Positions 9,934 to 17,730 of a DNA stretch of 64,000 bases are shown in pieces (the first letter of the stretch is position 1; each line of letters opens with the position of its first letter). The position numbers were made by a program, and so were the translations under genes. The notes under the pieces were generated by a model. It was not told the origin of the DNA. It searched no databases and saw nothing but the letters and a program-made list of their open reading frames with translations. Origin of the DNA: Blastocatellia bacterium (GTDB taxonomy: Bacteria > Acidobacteriota > Blastocatellia > UBA7656). Where the stretch lies: the NCBI GenBank assembly GCA_963765495.1, contig CAVXWP010000001.1, positions 1,152,001 to 1,216,000 on the forward strand. Direction: 5' to 3'.

Positions 9934-10128
9934 TTCAGAAGTAGAGAAATTGTTTTCTTCAACAGAAGTAATACGCACGATGTTGCCCAAAGTGTGCAAT
10001 CAAGCATTGAATTTGGCGCATAACTAAACTGAAGACACAATGATCCTGTAGTTAATCAAACTTGACCGAGTGAGCGGTTTCTCTCAAGTCACACATAAAG
10101 ACGCGAGAGAAAGGGAAGCGTTAACAGA

Positions 10129-10235
10129 AGGGATGAGGGATGAAAAAGAGTCTAAGAACAGAATCCGATAAATTGACTTGGCCAAATATCGGGATGTGTC
10201 CTTAGAGTCCGTTTCATCCTTCATCCTTCATCCTT
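10129..10235. repeat. Heptamer-armed (GGATGAA/G) palindromic element
   Basis: GGATGAGGGATGAA...TTCATCCTTCATCCTTCATCC; core homologous to 55619-55752 in inverted orientation. Confidence 0.85.
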
Positions 10236-10237
10236 TC

Positions 10238-11035
10238 CTACATTGCTGCTCGCGTGAGCCGGACACCGCCGTTTACTCCGCTGATCGAAATGGGGATGCC
10301 GCCTGCGCCTATGCGAGCGCGAAAGTTGTTGCGGTCCATCTTGCCCTGCAATGTCACATTCGGCACATCGGCATTCACGCTACCGTTGATTCCTGTCACA
10401 TCAAGGTCGGCATCCAGATTGTCTGCGAATCGCAACTCTACCCGACCGTTGACGCCGCTTACCTGTATGCCGCGCTCACCGAGGCGAGCTATTGTCACCG
10501 TCACTGCGCCGTTTATGCCGGATAGATCGGAATAGCCCACGGCCTGTGCCACTTCCACGCGGCCGTTTACGCCGCTTATGCGCACGGGGCCATCTACTTC
10601 GCCTACGTTGACGCGACCGTTTACGCCGCTGGTTGTAAGGTCAATCTGGCGAGGCAGACGGAGTTTTACACGTTGACGCACTTCTGGTCTGTTCCCCGAA
10701 TGATCACGCTCTTTTTCGCCGCGAATCGTCAGGCTGTTGGCGGTGTGTTCGATGATTATCTTGCGGTAGTTCAGGTCTTCGCGGGTTTTGGCCGACCGGA
10801 CTATGTATACTTCGGCTGTGCCGGTGTTTGAAGTTTCAATATCAACTGTCCCGTTTATGCCCGACACTTCAACGCGGGCGTTAGGCGCAAGTTCATAGCT
10901 CTGGCGAATCTCGTCGCGTTCCGCGAAATCGCGGTCGTCGCCTTGAGAGCTTCCCGGCAAATTGCTTGCGGCGAAAGCCGACATCGTCAATGCTGCTATC
11001 ATCATTATGGATAAGGCTATTAATCTGTTTTTCAT
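10238..11035 (-). CDS. Exported DUF4097 beta-strand repeat protein
   Basis: ATG 11035 after AAGGAG; signal peptide; repeated G(V/I)NG turns. Confidence 0.8.
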   Translation of the reverse strand: MKNRLIALSIMMIAALTMSAFAASNLPGSSQGDDRDFAERDEIRQSYELAPNARVEVSGINGTVDIETSNTGTAEVYIVRSAKTREDLNYRKIIIEHTANSLTIRGEKERDHSGNRPEVRQRVKLRLPRQIDLTTSGVNGRVNVGEVDGPVRISGVNGRVEVAQAVGYSDLSGINGAVTVTIARLGERGIQVSGVNGRVELRFADNLDADLDVTGINGSVNADVPNVTLQGKMDRNNFRARIGAGGIPISISGVNGGVRLTRAAM

Positions 11036-11057
11036 CTCTTCTCTCCTTAATTTATAT

Positions 11058-11143
11058 GTGATTCGTGACGCGTGATTTGTGACCATTAAACAATTCGCTT
11101 ATACAAGATCGGTTGTTTGAAAATTACGCATCACGAATCACGC
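11058..11143. repeat. Heptamer-armed (CGTGATN) palindromic element
   Basis: GTGATTCGTGACGCGTGATTTGTGA...TTACGCATCACGAATCACGC. Confidence 0.8.
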
Positions 11144-11159
11144 GTCGCTTCCGCGTCAG

Positions 11160-12296
11160 TCACTTACAATCCGCCAGCATATTGGCACCGCCTTTGACTA
11201 TCCTAACCGAGCCGCTGAATGAATCAAGCGACAGCCTTGTGCCTCCATCGCCAAACACGCCCGTGATGCGCCGATTGATGGGGCCGCCATCCAGAGGCGA
11301 ATTAACTTTGAGCGGAAATGCCGTTTCAAGCTCGCCGCTGTAAGTAAGCATAGTGGCCGTAAAGCCGGGCGGGCTGTCCTGTATGTACATCTCTACCTCG
11401 CCGGAGATGGATTTCAAGTTGTAACGTCCGTTTTCGCGCAGGATTCCGCGAAAGGTCACTTCGCCGCTCGTCGTGACGGCGTCAGTGTCGCCGCCTATGC
11501 CTACGAGCATGATCGAGCCGCTTGCGCTTCTGATCTCCGCTCGCCCTTTGGCGCAATGTACTTCGACCTCACCGGTCGCCGTGGTTGCGCGAACGTCGCT
11601 ATTGGCGTTTCTTACAGTGATGTCGCCGTTTGTCGCGGCGACATCTACAAGACCGCCGATGTTCTCCGCGTTCACATCCCCGTTCAGAGTCCTCGAAGTA
11701 AAGTCGCCTTTAACATCCCTGATCACAATGTCGCCGCTGCGGCGGCTCACTTTCAAGGCTCCGACCTTTGTCACCTTTACATCGCCGCTGCCGCTATTTA
11801 TCGCCACGTCTCCATCGATCCCCGTCACCTCAACATCGCCGCGTGCGCTCTCAAGAAGTTCCACGGAGGCATACATCGGCAGCTTCACATCGAGTCGGAT
11901 TTCGCGACCGGCGCTCCGCCTTGCCATATCAGGGATGGATAGATAAATCCTTGAGCGGGACTCTTCGCCCGATACCTGTATAGGCACGGAGCCGGACTCT
12001 TCGCCCGTGGCCGTGGCCTCAATCGTGTCCTGGTCCCAGCCGGTTATAGAGATGTTTCCGACGCGGTTGCTCACAATCACCCTGCCGCCACGATCAAGCT
12101 TTGCCTTGACCTCGCCCGTTTGAATGGTCGTATCGGGATCGGCGGGCCTGGCTACGGGAGCGGGCCGTGGGCTTTGCGCGTGTGCGGGCGGGCTCGCGGG
12201 GGTCGGCTTTGTCTTCACAACCACTTGAGCTATTACGGCGGGACAAATGATTATGAGGGCCGCTATCACTGAAATTTTCAGAAGTATCTTATTCAT
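11160..12296 (-). CDS. Exported DUF4097 beta-strand repeat protein (longer, divergent)
   Basis: Signal peptide, Pro-rich linker, repeated (S/N)G(D/E)V/I strands. Confidence 0.8.
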   Translation of the reverse strand: MNKILLKISVIAALIIICPAVIAQVVVKTKPTPASPPAHAQSPRPAPVARPADPDTTIQTGEVKAKLDRGGRVIVSNRVGNISITGWDQDTIEATATGEESGSVPIQVSGEESRSRIYLSIPDMARRSAGREIRLDVKLPMYASVELLESARGDVEVTGIDGDVAINSGSGDVKVTKVGALKVSRRSGDIVIRDVKGDFTSRTLNGDVNAENIGGLVDVAATNGDITVRNANSDVRATTATGEVEVHCAKGRAEIRSASGSIMLVGIGGDTDAVTTSGEVTFRGILRENGRYNLKSISGEVEMYIQDSPPGFTATMLTYSGELETAFPLKVNSPLDGGPINRRITGVFGDGGTRLSLDSFSGSVRIVKGGANMLADCK

Positions 12297-12371
12297 GATT
12301 TCGTCACAGGTGTCTGTCTCTCTACCTTAAAAATTTAGCTTCGGAGCGCGAAATAAAAACTATGATATGTG

Positions 12372-13268
12372 CTACTGTTCCCGGGCCATTTCTCTGAGAA
12401 CGTCTACCTTCTTCGCATAGGCAGAAAGCATGTATTGCAGGGCCACGGGGTCGTTGGGGTGCTGTCGCACGGTTGTCCGCGTCTCGGCAATTGTATAATC
12501 AATATCAGCAAGCGCGGTGTCGAAACGGGCCAGCACCTTCGGGTCAATCTGCGACCGGCGCGAGTTCACATCACGCGAGAGGATATTGATGGCCGCCACG
12601 TATTTCTGCTCGGCTTCGCGTATCAGCTCTTCCGGCGTCGGCTCCTTAACGACCGGGCGAGGCTTCCTTGGCCGAGGCGTGTTGCTCGCCACCTGTCTCT
12701 CTTCCGGCGCATTGGGTTTTACTATCTCTTCTTTTGGATTCTTTGTAGCCACCCGCTCCCCGAGGTCTGACTGAGTTTCGTCTTTTACACCGGGCTGAGT
12801 CGATTCATTCGCATTTAGATTCCCGGCTAATTTCTCTCTTTCATTATCGCTCGCATTGTTGTTTGCGATCTCCTGATTGCCTGCGCCCGGGCCGGTCGAA
12901 TGCAGATAGCTCATCAAGGCTACGGTTACACCCACGGTGATGATCACAAGCGCAACGGCAAGCGCGGGGCTGAATCTCGGCGTGGAAGCCAGATTCATAA
13001 ACCACTGGCGCAGCCTGCTTGTGAAGGCAGGCGGACGGGCAACCTGTTCGGTCGTAATGCGATCCTCGATGGTGGCCCACAGCGCGGGCGAGATCTCGAT
13101 ATCGCGCTCGTAGTGCGTATAGATTTCCTGCTCTCTGCGGACCTCTTCGCTAAAGGCCAAGCAATTCTCGCAAGCAGCAAGGTGTATTCGAACGCGCTCG
13201 GCGCTCGCACGGTCAAGCTCGCCGTCTATGTACTCTTCTATGATTTCCTGATAATCATCACACTTCAT
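12372..13268 (-). CDS. zf-HC2 anti-sigma factor
   Basis: C..Y.DGEL...HLAACENC, one TM helix; overlaps the sigma stop codon. Confidence 0.88.
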   Translation of the reverse strand: MKCDDYQEIIEEYIDGELDRASAERVRIHLAACENCLAFSEEVRREQEIYTHYERDIEISPALWATIEDRITTEQVARPPAFTSRLRQWFMNLASTPRFSPALAVALVIITVGVTVALMSYLHSTGPGAGNQEIANNNASDNEREKLAGNLNANESTQPGVKDETQSDLGERVATKNPKEEIVKPNAPEERQVASNTPRPRKPRPVVKEPTPEELIREAEQKYVAAINILSRDVNSRRSQIDPKVLARFDTALADIDYTIAETRTTVRQHPNDPVALQYMLSAYAKKVDVLREMAREQ

Positions 13269-13890
13269 AGCCTACTCCAAGATAAGGGCGAATCCGGCGG
13301 CGCATCTCCGCTCTCGCCCTGTGCAGATCGGTCTTGAGTTTTGGGATCGAGAAGCCGGTTATTTCGGCTATCTCTTCATAACTGCGCTGCTGGAAAATCT
13401 TCAGCGTAAAGACCATCCGCTTATCTTCGTCCAGCGCCTTAAGCGCTTCCTGAATGACGCCGTTCAACTCTTTATTCAACAACTGACTGTCGGGCGGCAA
13501 TCCGGCGTCGCTCAATTCCATCACGCGGTCGTCTTCAATCTCTACATTATTATCGTTTCTAAAGCGATAACGAAGCGATTCCCGCGCAACATTCTTGGCT
13601 ATGCCAAACAACCAGGTCGAAAGCTTTGTGTCATCACGCAAGGCGTTCATATTCTTGTACGCGCGCACAAAAGTCTCTTGCGTCAATTCCTCGGCCAGCT
13701 CGCGCTGACCCACCATATCATAGATGAAGCTGATGATGGGACGGACGTAACGGTCAAAGATGAGCCGAAAAGCTTCATCATCGCCGGAGCGGGCACGCGC
13801 TATCCACTGTTCAGAACTATTCATTAAAGTCCCGGCGCGTCCGCTCGGCTGGCCCACCAGAGTTGTTGCCTCCATCATTTGCTGCTTCAT
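13258..13890 (-). CDS. ECF sigma-70 factor
   Basis: AEELTQETFVRAY, STWLFGIAKN, SYEEIAEITG..LHRAR. Confidence 0.93.
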   Translation of the reverse strand: MKQQMMEATTLVGQPSGRAGTLMNSSEQWIARARSGDDEAFRLIFDRYVRPIISFIYDMVGQRELAEELTQETFVRAYKNMNALRDDTKLSTWLFGIAKNVARESLRYRFRNDNNVEIEDDRVMELSDAGLPPDSQLLNKELNGVIQEALKALDEDKRMVFTLKIFQQRSYEEIAEITGFSIPKLKTDLHRARAEMRRRIRPYLGVGYEV

Positions 13891-13905
13891 CCCCTGTTCA
13901 ACCAG

Positions 13906-13934
13906 TAAGTGGCGGACGCGCGTAAAAGGTTGCA
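13906..13934 (-). promoter_or_regulatory. Putative autoregulatory ECF promoter TGCAAC-N17-CACTTA
   Basis: Immediately upstream of the sigma start; motif occurs 3 times in the cluster. Confidence 0.6.
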
Positions 13935-13996
13935 GACGAGGCTAATCCTTCGCAAAAAAACTTTCTTCAAGGCTCAATAAAGGGATGAGCGATTTA

Positions 13997-14025
13997 CATA
14001 CGAGCATCTTTACTGTGACGTTTCA
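13997..14025 (-). promoter_or_regulatory. Second putative ECF promoter TGAAAC-N17-CGTATG
   Basis: Resembles SigW-type TGAAAC...CGTA, upstream of the sigma gene. Confidence 0.5.
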
Positions 14026-14089
14026 GCCATCTTCCCCGACATATTTCTGGCATTACTAATGATAAAACAACTAAAAAAATCTCTTGAGG

Positions 14090-14118
14090 TGAAACTTTTT
14101 CAGATAATTTTGCACTCA
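14090..14118 (+). promoter_or_regulatory. Putative ECF promoter TGAAAC-N17-CACTCA
   Basis: Same motif as 6245 and 13906, facing the ABC operon. Confidence 0.6.
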
Positions 14119-14333
14119 CCTTCGTTTATGGGGATAGCGCCCGCATATTTGGTGCACCCGCAAAGCATAGACGAGGCGTAATTGCTTCAAAGGACTTTGG
14201 GCAGGCTATTTCGATTCGAATGCCAGGATGTTCAACGCAAAGCGGCGAGCTTTTTTCGACCCGAACTAGCCCGGCCCAAAGGTTTAATGAATTTACAAGC
14301 AGGCATCGAAAGAGTTTCGGAGGGACATAAAAT

Positions 14334-15035
14334 ATGAGCACATCCGACCAGGCTTTGTTGAAACTTGAAGCCGTTACAAAGGTTTTCTACACCGACGAAG
14401 TTGAAACACACGCGCTCGCAGGGATACATCTTGAGATAAATCAGGGAGAATACATCTCCATCTCCGGCCCGTCAGGTTGCGGCAAATCCACCTTGCTTTC
14501 CATACTTGGATTGCTCGATTCGCCGACGGACGGCAATTACTGGCTTGGCGGCAAACCCGTAGCCGATCTGCCGCTTGCCGAGCGCGCCCGCATTCGCAAT
14601 CGAGAGGTTGGTTTCATATTCCAGAGTTTCAATCTAATAGGCGATCTTTCGGTTTACGAGAATGTGGAATTGCCGCTCACCTATCGCGGCATGCGAGCAA
14701 GCGAGCGCAAGGAAAAAGTGCGCGCGGCGCTCGAACGAGTAGGCATGTCGCACAGGGCAAAACATCTGCCTGCCCAGTTGTCGGGCGGTCAGCAGCAGCG
14801 CGTAGCCGTTGCGCGCGCCGTGGCGGGCGACCCTCTGATACTGCTTGCCGACGAGCCTACCGGCAACCTCGACTCTACAAACGGCGAAGCGGTCATAGAT
14901 CTGTTGAAAGAGCTTCACGAAACGGGCGCAACCATCTGCATGGTCACACACGATCCTCGCTATGCCCGGCACGCCGACCGCACCGTTCACCTGTTTGACG
15001 GACGTGTGCTTGAAGAAAAGACTATGGCTGCCTGA
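14334..15035 (+). CDS. ABC transporter ATP-binding protein (LolD/MacB-type)
   Basis: GPSGCGKST, LSGGQQQR, LLADEPTGNLD. Confidence 0.95.
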   Translation: MSTSDQALLKLEAVTKVFYTDEVETHALAGIHLEINQGEYISISGPSGCGKSTLLSILGLLDSPTDGNYWLGGKPVADLPLAERARIRNREVGFIFQSFNLIGDLSVYENVELPLTYRGMRASERKEKVRAALERVGMSHRAKHLPAQLSGGQQQRVAVARAVAGDPLILLADEPTGNLDSTNGEAVIDLLKELHETGATICMVTHDPRYARHADRTVHLFDGRVLEEKTMAA

Positions 15036-15140
15036 TGCGCGATGCGTGATACGTGATTCGTGACCATTGAGGAAATGACTTTTACTTCTTAATTGCAAAT
15101 CTCACGAATCACGTATCACACATCACGTATCACACATCAC
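15033..15140. repeat. Heptamer-armed (CGTGATN) palindromic element
   Basis: TGATGCGCGATGCGTGATACGTGATTCGTGA...TCACGAATCACGTATCACACATCACGTATCACACATCAC. Confidence 0.85.
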
Positions 15141-15170
15141 TTTCCTGCCGACGCGTGGAGGCAATCCCTG

Positions 15171-17621
15171 ATGGATAGCTTACTGCAAGACCTTCGTTAT
15201 GGTTGTCGAATGCTCCTGAAGAAACCGGGCTTTACGGCTGCCGCGGTGCTGGCCCTCGCCCTGGGGATTGGCGCGAATACGGCGATCTTTAGCGTCATCA
15301 ACGCGTTATTACTCAGACCTCTGCCGTACCCGGATGCCGACAGGCTTGCGCTCGTCTGGGAAAAAGATCTAAAGACGGGCCGGCAGGTGTCAAACAATTA
15401 TGCTGACTATCTCGACTGGCAGCAGCAAACCCAATCATTCGAGGAACTGGCGGCGGCGGGCGATTCGGATTTTACCCTTTACGGCAATGACGCGGCCGAA
15501 CGCATCGACGGCGAGTGGGTAACGGCAAATTATTTTAACGCGCTCGGGATACTGCCCGTTGAGGGGCGCGCCTTTCTTCCCGATGAAAACGCTACGCCCG
15601 GCACGCATCCGGTGGTTATTTTAAGCCATGGTCTGTGGCAAAGCCGCTTCGGAGCGGACCGGAACCTTATCGGCAATACGGTAAATATAAACGGGATCAC
15701 TCTGACCGTGGTCGGAATAATGCCCGAAGGCTTTCGCGGGATAAGCGGCAAATCAGAGGTGTGGATTCCCTTTATGATGTTCGAAGCCGCAAACCCGATT
15801 CTCGCGCAGTACAAAATACTGAGCACACGTTCGACGGGCTGGCACATGGTCATAGGCCGCCTCAAACAGGGGATCACTCCCAGTCAGGCGCAGTCGGAGA
15901 TGGACGCAATCGCGGAGCGGCTCGGCGAACAATACCCAAAAACAAATGCCACCAGAGGCGCTATGGTAAGATCGGCCCGCGAAGAGCTTGTAGGCGATCT
16001 GCGACCCGCATTGCTCGTGCTGTTCGGGGCAGTCGGATTCGTGCTGTTGATAGCCTGCGCAAACGTGGCGAATCTCTTCCTCGTTCGCATGGCTGCGCGT
16101 GGGAAAGAGATGGCTATCCGTGTAGCTCTGGGCGCGAGGCGCGGGCGCTTGATACGCCAGTTGCTCACCGAAAGCCTGCTGATTTCGCTTGCAGGCGGCG
16201 CGCTCGGATTGTTACTCGCCTATTGGGGCGTGAAGTTTCTTGTAGTGTTGATTCCGGTAGAGATTCCGAGCTTTTTCTCCGTGACGATTGACGGTGGGGT
16301 TCTCGCCTTCACCTTCGCGATCTCGATTTTTACGGGCGTGATTTTTGGGCTTGCGCCCGCGACCGGAGCGGTAAAGCCCGACCTGAACGAGTCGCTGAAA
16401 GAGGGAAGTCGGACCGTGGGCGCAAGCGCGCGAGTCCGCAATCTTCGCAGTCTGCTTGCGGTCGCCGAAATTGCGCTTGCGCTCGTCCTTCTCGTAGGCG
16501 CGGGGCTTATGCTAAGAAGCTTTCAGCGTATCCGCCAGTTCGATCCGGGGTTTAATCCCGAAAATCTCCTTACAATGCGGTTCGACGTACCCAGTACGAA
16601 GTACTCCGAGTCGGAGCAGGCAGCGATCCGTCATCGCGTCCTTGAACGCGTGGCGAGTTTGCCGGGCGTGGAATCGGCGGCCATCTCTTCACACATATTT
16701 TTTGGAGGCGGATACCTGACGGGCAAGAATTCTGTCGAGTCAAGCGACGTGCCAACGCCCGATGAAGGTATATCAACTTTTCAGCAGTATCTGAGTCCAA
16801 ACTTTTTCCAGACCCTCGGTATCCCTCTTTTGAAGGGGCGCGATTTCACCGACCAGGACAACGCCGAATCTCCAAAGGTAGCCATCATCGGACAGACCTT
16901 TGCCGAGCGTTACTGGCCGGGTGAAGACCCCATAGGCAAACGCATAAAGCCGGGCCGACCCGATTCAAATAATGGCTGGATCGAGATCATAGGCGTTGTG
17001 AGCGATGTAAAACCGCGAACGCGCACGACCGACGCGAATAACTTCCCGCAGGTATATATGCCGCTGGCGCAATGGCCCGGCTGGCGTCCTGCTCTTATGG
17101 TTCGCACACGGACTGCTCCTGAAAAACTTGTTGGGAGTCTGCGCGCGGCTGTTCAGGAAATCAGCCCCGATATACCGGTCTACGAAATCGCCGCGATGCA
17201 CAAACTGCTCGCTGACAACTCGGCAGATACCCGGTTTATCGCGTTGCTGATGGGGCTGTTTGCGGGGCTTGCCGTGATAATGGCGGCGGTTGGAATCTAC
17301 AGCGTAATAGCCTATTCCGTCAGCCAGCGCACACGCGAAATAGGCATACGCATGGCGCTCGGCGCTCAAAGAATGGATGTGCTCCGGCTGGTAGTAGGGC
17401 AGGGAATAATACTGGCCCTTGCCGGGGTGGGGATCGGTCTCGGCGCGGCTCTCGCTTTGACGCGCGTCGTAGCGAGTCTGCTTTACGAAGTGAGCGCAAC
17501 CGATCCCACTATTTTTGCGGTCGTATCGCTTGGGCTAACGGCAGTGGCCTTTCTTGCCAGCTATATCCCCGCTCGAAGGGCCGCGAGGGTAGACCCGATG
17601 GTTGCGCTTCGCTACGAGTAG
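15171..17621 (+). CDS. Duplicated MacB/FtsX ABC permease (ADOP type)
   Basis: MDSLLQDLRYG..KPGFT, LALGIGANTAIFS, LLIACANVANL, DPMVALRYE; ATG 15171 after GGAGG. Confidence 0.93.
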   Translation: MDSLLQDLRYGCRMLLKKPGFTAAAVLALALGIGANTAIFSVINALLLRPLPYPDADRLALVWEKDLKTGRQVSNNYADYLDWQQQTQSFEELAAAGDSDFTLYGNDAAERIDGEWVTANYFNALGILPVEGRAFLPDENATPGTHPVVILSHGLWQSRFGADRNLIGNTVNINGITLTVVGIMPEGFRGISGKSEVWIPFMMFEAANPILAQYKILSTRSTGWHMVIGRLKQGITPSQAQSEMDAIAERLGEQYPKTNATRGAMVRSAREELVGDLRPALLVLFGAVGFVLLIACANVANLFLVRMAARGKEMAIRVALGARRGRLIRQLLTESLLISLAGGALGLLLAYWGVKFLVVLIPVEIPSFFSVTIDGGVLAFTFAISIFTGVIFGLAPATGAVKPDLNESLKEGSRTVGASARVRNLRSLLAVAEIALALVLLVGAGLMLRSFQRIRQFDPGFNPENLLTMRFDVPSTKYSESEQAAIRHRVLERVASLPGVESAAISSHIFFGGGYLTGKNSVESSDVPTPDEGISTFQQYLSPNFFQTLGIPLLKGRDFTDQDNAESPKVAIIGQTFAERYWPGEDPIGKRIKPGRPDSNNGWIEIIGVVSDVKPRTRTTDANNFPQVYMPLAQWPGWRPALMVRTRTAPEKLVGSLRAAVQEISPDIPVYEIAAMHKLLADNSADTRFIALLMGLFAGLAVIMAAVGIYSVIAYSVSQRTREIGIRMALGAQRMDVLRLVVGQGIILALAGVGIGLGAALALTRVVASLLYEVSATDPTIFAVVSLGLTAVAFLASYIPARRAARVDPMVALRYE

Positions 17622-17622
17622 C

Positions 17623-17710
17623 GAGTTTTGAGTTTTGAGTAGGTGGTTCCCGGCTCCGGCGCTTTACTGACAACTGTGAACTCAAAACTCAAAACTCAAA
17701 ACTCAAAACT
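17623..17710. repeat. Heptamer-armed (TTTTGAG/CTCAAAA) palindromic element
   Basis: GAGTTTTGAGTTTTGAGT...(AACTCAA)x4.5. Confidence 0.85.
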
Positions 17711-17730
17711 GATTGAAGGAGTGGTCACAG

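Noticed and set aside
15093-15170. Longer N-termini in the ORF track (15093, 11086, 28815, 44656)
   Set aside because: Extensions such as ISRITYHTSRITHH are translations of heptamer arms; downstream ATGs match family starts, several with clear RBSs
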